From: a virus | Length of the DNA: 46,294 bases | Reading direction: 5' to 3' (one strand) | IMG/VR virus record: IMGVR_UViG_3300045988_155993 | Notes under the pieces: model-generated | Database searches by the model: none | What the model saw: the letters and a program-made list of their open reading frames with translations, nothing else | What the model was told of the DNA's origin: nothing | In this document: positions 17,175 through 25,801 of the stretch, in pieces | Layout of the letters: every line of letters begins with the position of its first letter | Position numbering within the stretch: the stretch's first letter is position 1 | Position numbers and translations under genes: made by a program

Positions 17175-18283
17175 TTAATTGTATAAGCTTGATGTGTTGA
17201 AATTAGCTGTTTTTTGTTGATCCAGTTCGGTGTAAATATCTGCTGTTGTTTGATAGCTCGAATGTCCTGCAAGGGATTGAGCAACCTTAATATCAACACC
17301 TTTGTTATAAAGTTGAGTTATAAACATATGTCTTAACATATGATAGTGAAATGGTATTCCTAATTTTTCAGAAGTACGATTAAGAGACTTACGAATTTTT
17401 TGAGATTTTACATAATTCATATCTCTACCAAAAATAACATATTCACTTTCAGGGTACTTCCTAAAATGATTTTCTAAAATATCATGTAGCTCATTTGAAA
17501 TAGGGAGTTCACGATAACTTGATTCTGATTTCAAAGTTGTTATTTTTGTTACTCCTCCAATTGTTTGAATTTGTTTATTGATTGACATTACATTGTTCAC
17601 TAAATCTATATCTTCTCTCTTTAAAGCTATACATTCACTTATTCTTATGCCCGTATATAAGCCGATATAGAGCGCAACTATATAATTATCACTTTCAAGT
17701 ACATTGTTTTTTACGGGATGTTTATATCTTTCAATAAACTTATTAAATTCTTCTAGTGTAATAGTTTTTTTCTTACTTTGTGTCTTAATCCCATTAACCG
17801 TTTTAATTTTACATATGGTTTTCTTGAAATATAGTTATTGTTATATGCGAAAGTAAAAACTCCGTTGATGATTTTATAAATACCTTCAATTGTTTGTTTT
17901 GTGTTGACTTTAGCTAATTCGTTCAATGTATTTTGAATATATTCGTAATCAATCTTTGCAATATCACATTTCCCTATAGTATCTTTCAAATGTTTGTTAT
18001 AGACGGATTTTCTAACAAATTTAGTAGTTTCTTTTGTAAAAGGATCATTAACAATATATATTTGAAACACATCATCAAACGTGCGCTTTTCGGTTTTCAA
18101 ATGTATATTCTCTTTTAACCTTGTTTTTGTTTCTTCTTCAAATCTTTCGGCATCTACTTTCCTAGCAAAACCGCTTTTAGTTATCCATTTTGTTTTTCCT
18201 GTTATGTGTTCTTTATATTTAATCAAAACTTCATAAACATAGCCATTTTTGGCTTTTTTAGACTCTCTTTTTCTTATTGACAT
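17175..18283 (-). pseudogene. int: Tyrosine integrase split by a frameshift in an A7 tract (an A8 tract would give one ~368-aa ORF)
   Basis: The N-terminal ORF (17753..18283) and the C-terminal catalytic ORF (17175..17600, with HxxR and the nucleophile Tyr in ...TADIYTELDQ) differ in frame by one base. A T7 run on the plus strand at 17764-17770 lies at the junction, and hand translation with +1 A restores the middle segment (...ISECIALKREDIDL...). Confidence 0.75.
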
Positions 18284-18375
18284 ATTTTATTTACCTCCAA
18301 TTATTTTTAGTGTATAATAGGAGAGTAAGAAGAATAACCTTACCGTCAAATTGGTTATCCTTTCTTACATCCTCA

Positions 18376-18417
18376 TGTCACTTCCGTTTCTCTATTGACA
18401 CATTAATTTGGAAGTGA
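18376..18417 (+). terminator. Hairpin with a 9-bp perfect stem plus T-run (plus-oriented terminator-like)
   Basis: GTCACTTCC ... GGAAGTGAC followed by GTTTTTT. Confidence 0.4.
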
Positions 18418-18423
18418 CGTTTT

Positions 18424-18900
18424 TTAATGCAATGAAATATCGTTATCATCAAGTGCTAAATTTTGAAACCATCTGTATAATTCATCATATGTTAAATCAT
18501 ATTTGTTCAGAAAATTTTCAAATTTTTTTAGCATTTTTTTATTGTCTTTGTTGTATTTCTTATAATCCTTATAATTTTTTTGATAAACACCATAAACACT
18601 TAATGCATCATCTGAATTACCGTTTTGATAAAATGAAACATAGTTAAGTAAATCTGATGGGCTACTATCAATTTTGTGGTTAATTGTAAAATGATATTTA
18701 CCTTTATCAATTGTCATAGTTGCCATATTATATTTTTCATCATAATCTAATCTTTCTAATTTATAAGGCTTTAACACATTATCTACTGCTGTAGCAGATA
18801 TTTTCTTTTTGTGTTTTTTAGACTCTTCTTTATTTGAAGAACACGCACATATACTAAAGATCATTAAAAAACATAGTGCTAATTTCATTAGTTTTTTCAT
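18424..18900 (-). CDS. Secreted protein or lipoprotein of the lysogeny module (superinfection-exclusion candidate)
   Basis: Signal peptide MKKLMKLALCFLMIFSICAC with an imperfect lipobox. Positioned between the integrase and repressor genes. Confidence 0.55.
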   Translation of the reverse strand: MKKLMKLALCFLMIFSICACSSNKEESKKHKKKISATAVDNVLKPYKLERLDYDEKYNMATMTIDKGKYHFTINHKIDSSPSDLLNYVSFYQNGNSDDALSVYGVYQKNYKDYKKYNKDNKKMLKKFENFLNKYDLTYDELYRWFQNLALDDNDISLH

Positions 18901-18920
18901 ATTCCCTTAATTCTCCTCTA

Positions 18921-19412
18921 TTAATGTTTTTCTAATTCATTAAGTGATTTTATAATTTTTTCGTGGCATTCATAATCTAATTTAGTAGCAACTAAATCTA
19001 GAACTTCAACCGCTTTGTTTACCAAATTGTCAACATCTTCTTTGTTGATGGCTGATATTTGCGAACACTTTCCAAAAAAGTGGTATTCTCCATTACTTTT
19101 CATCAAGTCAAATCCACAAACATTTAAAAGACATTTAATAGCTTGTTCTTCTTTTGTCAAAACTTCTTCGCCATCATCTATCAACAAGAAATGTTTTTCT
19201 TCTTTCTTTTCATCTTCCCAACCCATTAGATATGCGGGTGTAGTTTCTAAAGCATCGGCAAGTTTAGCAATTTTATCCCGCCTTACATTTTTGATTTCAC
19301 CTGATTCATAGCGTTGGATAGTAGCTTTGCTTACTCCAATTTTCTTACCAAGTTCTTCCATGATTAATCCTAAATCTAGTCTACGTTTTTTTATTAAATC
19401 CTTGAATTCCAT
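18921..19412 (-). CDS. cI-like repressor (XRE HTH N-terminus plus C-terminal domain)
   Basis: HTH segment LGKKIGVSKATIQRYESGE. RBS GAAGGAGGTGGG precedes the ATG at 19412. The ORF is open a further 14 codons upstream. Confidence 0.7.
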   Translation of the reverse strand: MEFKDLIKKRRLDLGLIMEELGKKIGVSKATIQRYESGEIKNVRRDKIAKLADALETTPAYLMGWEDEKKEEKHFLLIDDGEEVLTKEEQAIKCLLNVCGFDLMKSNGEYHFFGKCSQISAINKEDVDNLVNKAVEVLDLVATKLDYECHEKIIKSLNELEKH

Positions 19413-19454
19413 TTTCCCACCTCCTTCGCTTAAATTATATAATAACAGTACCAT

Positions 19455-19557
19455 TTACGCAACTTAAAACGCAAAAAAGTTAAAAAAGTTGCGAAAACGG
19501 GTTGACAATAAGTTACGTAAACGATATTATAGGTAACGTAGACGAAACGAAAGGCAG
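19455..19557. promoter_or_regulatory. Divergent genetic-switch region with operators
   Basis: Rightward promoter TTGACA-N17-TATTAT; leftward TTGCGT...TATATAAT. TTACGTAA palindrome between the -35 and -10 elements, AACGTAGACG and AACGAAAGG repeats, and an 8-bp inverted repeat CGCAACTT/AAGTTGCG. Confidence 0.6.
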
Positions 19558-19566
19558 GTGAAACAC

Positions 19567-19791
19567 ATGATTAACAACGAGAAGATTGCAATTCTTTTAA
19601 TCAAAAAAAAGAAAACTAAATCTCAATGGGCAGAGTATTTAGGAATCTCAAAATCAACTTTAACAAGAAAGCTCAATGGGACAAGTGATTTTTTTAGGGA
19701 AGAAATTATTAAAAGTTGTGAGTTCTTTGGAGAAGAAGATATGTCCGAATATTTTTTTGATAAAAAAGTTACGGAAACGGAACAAGGATAG
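19567..19791 (+). CDS. Cro-like HTH regulator
   Basis: HTH segment YLGISKSTLTRKLNG, with the ATG about 7 nt after AGGCAGGTG. The ORF opens at GTG 19558. Confidence 0.6.
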   Translation: MINNEKIAILLIKKKKTKSQWAEYLGISKSTLTRKLNGTSDFFREEIIKSCEFFGEEDMSEYFFDKKVTETEQG

Positions 19792-19805
19792 AAAGGAGGG
19801 AACAT

Positions 19806-20534
19806 ATGAACGAATTAAAAGTATTCCAAAATGAAGAATTTGGAGAAGTAAGAAGTTTAGTTATTAACAACGAGCCTTGGTTCGTTGGAAAGGATGTCGC
19901 AAAAGCTTTGGGATATGAGAATCCATCCAAAGCTATTAGGGACCATGTCGAAGAAGAAGACAAAAAGGTGGGGGTCCAAAATGTTACCCCATATATTTCT
20001 GATAATTTAGGGAGAAAACAATATCCAACATTTATCAATGAAAGTGGAGTCTACTCATTAATCTTTGGTAGCAAATTACCAACTGCTAAAAAATTCAAAC
20101 ATTGGGTAACAAGTGAGGTATTACCTACATTAAGAAAAACTGGAAAATATGAAATTCCTAAAGATCCAATGAGTGCTTTGAAATTAATGTTTGAAGCACA
20201 AACTCAAACAAATGAAAAAGTTGAAAAGCAAGAGCAAAGAATTACTAAGTTAGAAGAAAATTCTTATCTAACACCTGGGCAATATAACTATCTTTCAAAG
20301 GCTGTTCAACGAAAGGTTGCACGTGTCAAAAAAGAATTAGGTTGGGAGTTACACCCAAGACAAAATTCTCAATTATATCGTTCAATCAATCGTGATCTAG
20401 ATAGATATATTCAAATTAAAACTAGAAGTCAATTAAGGGTAAAAGACTTTGATAAGGCATTGGAATTTATTGAAAATTGGCAATTATCATATGCTGATAA
20501 AAAAATCATTGAACAGTTGTCTTTAGATGTTTAG
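19806..20534 (+). CDS. Antirepressor (Bro-N domain N-terminus, KilA-C-like C-terminus)
   Basis: N-terminal FQNEEFGEVRSLVINNEPWFVGKDVAKALGY is a typical Bro-N signature. RBS AAGGAGGG upstream. Confidence 0.7.
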   Translation: MNELKVFQNEEFGEVRSLVINNEPWFVGKDVAKALGYENPSKAIRDHVEEEDKKVGVQNVTPYISDNLGRKQYPTFINESGVYSLIFGSKLPTAKKFKHWVTSEVLPTLRKTGKYEIPKDPMSALKLMFEAQTQTNEKVEKQEQRITKLEENSYLTPGQYNYLSKAVQRKVARVKKELGWELHPRQNSQLYRSINRDLDRYIQIKTRSQLRVKDFDKALEFIENWQLSYADKKIIEQLSLDV

Positions 20535-20546
20535 GAGGATGAATTT

Positions 20547-20765
20547 ATGGCTTTTAATAAAAATTTGCAAAAGTTACGCATCAAACGTGGCTTATCTCAA
20601 CAAGACCGCGCAAATGCAATAGGTGTTACTAGAAGTAGTGTTGCAAATTATGAAAGTGGTAATAGAAGACCTTCATTTGAAAATCTAATTAAGTTTGCTG
20701 ATTACTTCAATGTAACGTGTGATGAATTGATAAGGGAGGAGAAAACCAATGTCAAAAAAGTATGA
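20547..20765 (+). CDS. XRE-family HTH protein
   Basis: HTH segment LRIKRGLSQQDRANAIGVTRSSVANYESG. Confidence 0.65.
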   Translation: MAFNKNLQKLRIKRGLSQQDRANAIGVTRSSVANYESGNRRPSFENLIKFADYFNVTCDELIREEKTNVKKV

Positions 20766-20922
20766 CCTAAACGAAATTGCTAACAAAATAGTTGAATTGA
20801 TTGCTGATGAAGAAGTGACTTTTGATGAAGCGTCTATAGTTTTGTCAAAAGCACAAGAAAAGATTAGATATGAAGCAATCATTAAATTAGAAGGCTATAG
20901 GGGAAAGCATAATGGAAATTAG
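20749..20922 (+). CDS. Small hypothetical protein (57 aa)
   Basis: ORF MSKKYDLNEIANKIV... overlaps the ends of its neighbours. It is not in the supplied track. Confidence 0.3.
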   Translation: MSKKYDLNEIANKIVELIADEEVTFDEASIVLSKAQEKIRYEAIIKLEGYRGKHNGN

Positions 20923-21175
20923 ACCTACAAGGATGTTCAAATGGGCGGAAGTTCAAGAGGACTTGGGAATTTCTCAAAAACAACTCCAAAACTTCATAGA
21001 GTTAGGCATTTTGAAACCTATTTATTTAGGCAATGGTTGGAAATTTTCTCAACAAGAAATCCTTGATTTTCAAAAAGATTATGCGGGGTTAGATGTTAGC
21101 AATTATGAAAAAGCAAAGGATTGTAAAAAGATAGTTGATGCTCAAAAGAAATTATTACAAGGAGGGGTTTCATGA
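20912..21175 (+). CDS. DNA-binding protein (HTH_17/excisionase-like)
   Basis: MerR/Xis-like helix segment KWAEVQEDLGISQKQLQNFIELGIL. Confidence 0.4.
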   Translation: MEIRPTRMFKWAEVQEDLGISQKQLQNFIELGILKPIYLGNGWKFSQQEILDFQKDYAGLDVSNYEKAKDCKKIVDAQKKLLQGGVS

Positions 21176-21423
21176 AAAAGAAATTAAATAAAGCAAAAGT
21201 TCTTGCAGTTGCATTAGGAATTTCACTTTCAGCAAATATCGGAATGTATTTACATGGCCAATGTTTGCAAAATGAAATCGTAGCCAGTCAAGAAGAAGTG
21301 TTTGACTTAAAAGCAAGGAACACACTTTTAAAAGACACTTACAATGACTTACTAGGTCAAATGCAAGAAACACAAAATGAAGTTCAAAGTCTACAAAGTC
21401 AAGTAGAAGAACTACAAAAATGA
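21172..21423 (+). CDS. Membrane-anchored coiled-coil protein
   Basis: N-terminal hydrophobic segment followed by a heptad-rich C-terminus. Confidence 0.45.
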   Translation: MKKKLNKAKVLAVALGISLSANIGMYLHGQCLQNEIVASQEEVFDLKARNTLLKDTYNDLLGQMQETQNEVQSLQSQVEELQK

Positions 21424-21704
21424 AGATCATTGGGTGTCTTTAGAATTACAGCGTATTGGATGAATGAGGATGAATACGGAGATATGACATCTACGGGAGT
21501 TAAAGCTCAAATAAACCATACAATTGCTGTTGACCCAACAGTTATACCCATACGGAAGCAAGGTTAAAATTGACGGTCAAATATATGTCGCAGAAGATTG
21601 TGGAGGAGCTGTCAAGAACAATGTCATAGATGTATGGGTGGAACATCCAAGCAATAGCTTTGGTGTTAAATACAAAGAAATTTATATAAGAATGGAGAAT
21701 TAGA
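21420..21704 (+). pseudogene. 3D-domain (MltA/YabE-like) gene disrupted by two +1 frameshifts at GGG (about 21432) and CCC (about 21557)
   Basis: ATGA start overlap with the upstream gene. Removing one G and one C gives a 93-aa ORF, MKIIGVFRITAYW...IAVDPTVIPYGSKVKIDGQIYVAEDCGGAVKNNVIDVW..., with all three conserved Asp motifs. Confidence 0.6.
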
Positions 21705-21707
21705 ATT

Positions 21708-22079
21708 ATGAATGAAGTATTAAAACAAATCGTTGAAGCATTAAAAGATGCAAGAGCTAAAGATGTAAACACAGTTGTTATTGAAAAAGGACAAGTAAAA
21801 AAGCCTAGAAACAGAACACCATATTTACCAGTTATTAGATTGTCTGCTTCTGTTGGATTTGATGAAGACGATGATTTCGGCATGGCTATTCGAGGTGGAA
21901 TTTATAATAACGGAGCTGATTTTCTTGCAAAAAATTTTGGCATTTCAAAAAAAGATATTAGAAAAATCTTTGAACCTGCTAGTGGAGCATTTGACAAATG
22001 TTGTAATGAATTATGCGAGTTGTTAAAAGAAAAATATTTTGAAATGGAAGAAGAAGAAAATGGAGATAGGGAAGATTAA
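21708..22079 (+). CDS. Hypothetical protein
   Basis: 123-aa ORF with RBS-like GGAG upstream. Confidence 0.45.
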   Translation: MNEVLKQIVEALKDARAKDVNTVVIEKGQVKKPRNRTPYLPVIRLSASVGFDEDDDFGMAIRGGIYNNGADFLAKNFGISKKDIRKIFEPASGAFDKCCNELCELLKEKYFEMEEEENGDRED

Positions 22080-22224
22080 GGAAAAAATTTCCAACATCAA
22101 CAGTGAATTGTTCTGCTTAAGTTGTAAAGACCATTTAGATAGTGTGGATTTAGATTATGAACGTGAGCTTGAAAGTGAAAAAACTGAACTTGAAAAAAAG
22201 TTAAAAGAGCTTGAAGGAAAATAG
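22060..22224 (+). CDS. Small hypothetical protein
   Basis: Begins with MEIGKIKEK... at an internal ATG within the 22039 ORF. Confidence 0.3.
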   Translation: MEIGKIKEKISNINSELFCLSCKDHLDSVDLDYERELESEKTELEKKLKELEGK

Positions 22225-22941
22225 ATGAAATTCATAAATACAAGTTATGAAGCTCTGTTCCCTAAATGTAATGTTGTTCATTTCAGCAATGAAGAAGAAT
22301 GGCACAAATTAAGGGGTAATGGTTTAGGAGGAAGCGACATTGCTAGTATGTTGGGTGAGAACAAATATAAGAGCAAGCACCAACTATGGCTTGAAAAAAC
22401 AAAGAGAGTCAAACCTGCACAACTAGACAGTGAAGCAATCGAAACTGGAAACTTAATGGAACCTATTCTTGTAGATCAATACTATGCTCTATACCGAAAA
22501 GAAATAGTAAAAGTGGTGGATGTTAAGTCTATTTCTATCTATCGAAAAGATAAGCCTTATATGAGAGCAAATCTTGATGGAGCATACATTGACAAAGACA
22601 GAAAGCTAACAATTCTAGAAATCAAAACAAGTACAATTCAAAACTATGCAATGTTGCAAGATTGGGGTGTAGATGATGACGGAAACGAGAAAATCCCATT
22701 CAATTACTATTGCCAATGTCTTTGGTATTTACTTGTTACTGGTGCTGATAGAGTTGTTCTATATGCTCATTTAGAAATCCCTTGGGGCAAACAACCTCAC
22801 GGAGAAACTAGAAGGGCTGTTATTAACAAAGAGGATGTAAGAGAGGATATGGAATATATCCAACAACATGCAGATGTATTTTGGAATATGGTAATTCAAG
22901 ATATAGAACCTGCTGTTGTAGAAAGAAAATATAGTTTTTAA
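22225..22941 (+). CDS. YqaJ-like recombination exonuclease (PD-(D/E)XK)
   Basis: GIGGSD-type motif GLGGSDIASMLG, plus D/E-K motifs (LDGAYIDKD, ILEIKTS). Confidence 0.7.
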   Translation: MKFINTSYEALFPKCNVVHFSNEEEWHKLRGNGLGGSDIASMLGENKYKSKHQLWLEKTKRVKPAQLDSEAIETGNLMEPILVDQYYALYRKEIVKVVDVKSISIYRKDKPYMRANLDGAYIDKDRKLTILEIKTSTIQNYAMLQDWGVDDDGNEKIPFNYYCQCLWYLLVTGADRVVLYAHLEIPWGKQPHGETRRAVINKEDVREDMEYIQQHADVFWNMVIQDIEPAVVERKYSF

Positions 22942-22952
22942 GGAGAAAAAGC

Positions 22953-24374
22953 ATGGATAAGTTAAAGTTATTTATTGACGGTAAAATAGCAATCACAGTT
23001 TACAACGCAGAAGAATTTAATCATGTTGTAACTTATTTAAGTATGAATAATATCTTTTTAGAAAACGGAGAACCTGCTAATAAAATGAAATTTATTGGTA
23101 TTTCAGAAATCATTTTCTTAAAAGGAAACGTCGCTCACGGGAAACCATTGGTAGAAGTGAGCGAAGAAATGCAAAACAGATGTATTAAATATGAATTTGT
23201 TAAAAAAGAAATTGAAGATGCGATTGTTCCTAATGTAGAAGAACCTGCTCCACAACAAAAAGAACAATCATTTACATCTGCTTATAACTCTCAACCTATA
23301 GATGCGGTTGTAGAAGAAAAAGAGGAAGTTGTACATGAAGTTGCTACTGATGTGCAATTAAAAGCTGATGCAGAGGTTGCTGAAATCACATCTAACATTA
23401 AAGAGTTCAAAGAAAACGTTATTCCCAAAATCAAAGAAAGAGCAAACCTAGTCATTACTAGAGATAATATCAATTTTGCTAAAAAAGAAATTTCTAATTT
23501 AAACAAGAATAAAACTTTGATGAAAAATGATTGTAAGAATTTAAAATTAAAAATTCTTTCTAACTTCAACGAGTACGAAAAAGAATGTAAAGAAGTAGAA
23601 GAAGTCATTGATCAAGTAGTTTCTACAATGAAAAGTTCAATCGCTACTTTTGAATTTGAAGATTTAGAAGCTCGTAGAAAAGAAAAAGCTGAATATGTAA
23701 ATAAACAGTTAGAAAAAGCTATTCAAGAAGGATTGCCTAAAGAATATGCTAATCACTTCATGTTTAACAAGAAATGGTGGGAAAACAAAACCTATCAAGT
23801 TACTAAATTTAAACAAGAGGTCGAAGCTGAAATCAATCGTTTAAAAGAAGCATATGAACGTTTAGTTAAATCTCATGAGTCAATCAAGAGCTTTATTGAA
23901 GTTCAATGTAAGTCAGCAGGAATTGAACCCTTAGACTCTGCAACATACATTAGATTTTTAGATAATGGAAGCGATATTGCAGATGTTATGAACGCAGTAA
24001 CTAGAGATATTCAAAATATTCAGCTTAATATCGAAAGAGCTAAAAATAAAGCTTTAGAGGAACAAAAAGCAAAAGAGCAACAATTTGTCGAACAATCTCA
24101 AAATGTCGCTCCACAAAGCGTTATTTCTAATACAGAAGTATCTGAACAAGATAAAGAAGCGGTTCAAGAAATATATGAGCCTAAATTTCCTCAACTCGTT
24201 CAAACAGTAGAAGCAACTCCTAAAGGTCACGAAGGAGATAAATACGAATACACATTTAGAATTGCGGGAGATTTTGGAACTATCAAAACAGTATCGAGTT
24301 TTCTTAAACAATTAGCGGTGTATGGCGGTTTGGAATATGAAAAATTAAGTGGAGGTAAAGTCAACAATGGGTAA
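22953..24374 (+). CDS. DUF1351-like phage protein with N-terminal extension
   Basis: 473-aa coiled-coil-rich protein between the exonuclease and RecT genes, as in P335-type phages. Confidence 0.4.
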   Translation: MDKLKLFIDGKIAITVYNAEEFNHVVTYLSMNNIFLENGEPANKMKFIGISEIIFLKGNVAHGKPLVEVSEEMQNRCIKYEFVKKEIEDAIVPNVEEPAPQQKEQSFTSAYNSQPIDAVVEEKEEVVHEVATDVQLKADAEVAEITSNIKEFKENVIPKIKERANLVITRDNINFAKKEISNLNKNKTLMKNDCKNLKLKILSNFNEYEKECKEVEEVIDQVVSTMKSSIATFEFEDLEARRKEKAEYVNKQLEKAIQEGLPKEYANHFMFNKKWWENKTYQVTKFKQEVEAEINRLKEAYERLVKSHESIKSFIEVQCKSAGIEPLDSATYIRFLDNGSDIADVMNAVTRDIQNIQLNIERAKNKALEEQKAKEQQFVEQSQNVAPQSVISNTEVSEQDKEAVQEIYEPKFPQLVQTVEATPKGHEGDKYEYTFRIAGDFGTIKTVSSFLKQLAVYGGLEYEKLSGGKVNNG

Positions 24375-24576
24375 ATTCATGAGAGGTGTCAAAAGAAGAA
24401 ATGCCATTAAGGCAATCAAAGAAATTAAACAACAACATCAAGGTAAAAGATATGATCCCGAACATGATGTTTGGATAGATGCACAAATTCCTTATGTTAA
24501 AGCAAATGAAACTTTAGAAGGTTATCAAGCTAAACAAATCAAGAAAAGATTATCAAAAATTGGAGGTAAGAAATAA
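24349..24576 (+). CDS. Small basic protein
   Basis: 75-aa lysine/arginine-rich ORF. Confidence 0.35.
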   Translation: MEVKSTMGKFMRGVKRRNAIKAIKEIKQQHQGKRYDPEHDVWIDAQIPYVKANETLEGYQAKQIKKRLSKIGGKK

Positions 24577-25397
24577 TGGCAGTAGGAAGTCAACTTACAA
24601 GAGGAACACAAAAAAAGAATGTTCCTACAACATTCAGTAGTTTTATGACAAGTCCAGTAGTTACAGCAAAAGTAAATAAACTTGTAGGTGGAGAAAAAGG
24701 AGAAAGATTTATTTCTTCAATCGTAAGTGCGGTTAGTACAAACCCTGCACTTGCTAAATGTGATTTCAACTCAATTTTAAGTGGTGCATTACAAGGCGAA
24801 AGTATCGGTTTAATTCCTTCACCACAATTTGGACAATATTACTTAGTCCCTTACGGAAATAAAGCTCAATTTCAAATTGGGTATCACGGGTACATTCAAT
24901 TAGCACACAATACTGGAATGTATAAAAAATTAAATGTTGCAGAGGTTAAATCAGGTGAACTAGTTAAATATGATCCTTTCAATGAAGAAATTGAATTTGA
25001 AGCTATTACTGACCCATTGCAAAGAGAAAACGCTGAAACGGTAGGATATTATGCAATGTTTGAGTTAAATTATGGACTTACTAAAAAAATGTACTGGTCT
25101 AAAGAAAGAATGTTAAACCATGCAAAAAAATTCTCGAAAGCTTTTAACTCACCAAGCAGTTACTGGCAAAAAGATTTTGATGCCATGGCTAAAAAGACAA
25201 TGCTTCGTCAACTGATTTCTAAATGGGGTTATATGTCTACTGAAATGCAAATGGCATTTGAAAGCGACATGGCAGTTATTAATGATGACGGGTCAAAGAA
25301 CTATGTTGATAACCCAAGTGTTGCAGATGCTTTCACTCCACAAGAAGATGCTATTGAAGTTCCACAAGAACAAATTCAAGAAGAGGAACCATTCTAA
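24576..25397 (+). CDS. recT: RecT-family single-strand annealing protein with acidic EEEPF C-terminal tail
   Basis: RecT core (GLIPSPQFGQYYLVPYGNKAQFQIGYHGYIQLA). Start codon overlaps the upstream stop. Confidence 0.7.
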   Translation: MAVGSQLTRGTQKKNVPTTFSSFMTSPVVTAKVNKLVGGEKGERFISSIVSAVSTNPALAKCDFNSILSGALQGESIGLIPSPQFGQYYLVPYGNKAQFQIGYHGYIQLAHNTGMYKKLNVAEVKSGELVKYDPFNEEIEFEAITDPLQRENAETVGYYAMFELNYGLTKKMYWSKERMLNHAKKFSKAFNSPSSYWQKDFDAMAKKTMLRQLISKWGYMSTEMQMAFESDMAVINDDGSKNYVDNPSVADAFTPQEDAIEVPQEQIQEEEPF

Positions 25398-25786
25398 TGC
25401 TTAACGCTTGTATCTTTCAAGGGAGAATAGCAAGTGACCCGACATACAAAATGAACGAAAAGGCAAAAGTTTCTAAATTTAGGTTAGCTGTTCAAAGAGA
25501 CTATAAAGACAGAAACGGAAATCTAAAAGCTGATTATATCAATTGTTCAGCTTTTGGAAAAAATGCCGAAGTAGTTGATAGGTATTGTCAAAAGGGACAA
25601 ATGATTATCGTTAAGGGAGCTTTCCAAAATGGAACTCCCTACGACGATAGCCAAGGGATAAGAAGATTTCCTTCTTTCTTGAACATAGAAAAGATTTATT
25701 TCGTAGATCATGGAAATTTAAAAAAACCGCAAGAAGTTGAGGAAGAAGAACCAACTTTAGTGCAAATGGGAGATATTCCATTCTAA
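25397..25786 (+). CDS. ssb: Single-stranded DNA-binding protein (OB fold, DIPF C-terminal tip)
   Basis: N-terminal OB-fold pattern (IFQGRIASDP...ADYINCSAFGKNAEVV) and an acidic tail ending in ...GDIPF. Confidence 0.7.
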   Translation: MLNACIFQGRIASDPTYKMNEKAKVSKFRLAVQRDYKDRNGNLKADYINCSAFGKNAEVVDRYCQKGQMIIVKGAFQNGTPYDDSQGIRRFPSFLNIEKIYFVDHGNLKKPQEVEEEEPTLVQMGDIPF

Positions 25787-25801
25787 AAAAGGAGAAAAGT
25801 T

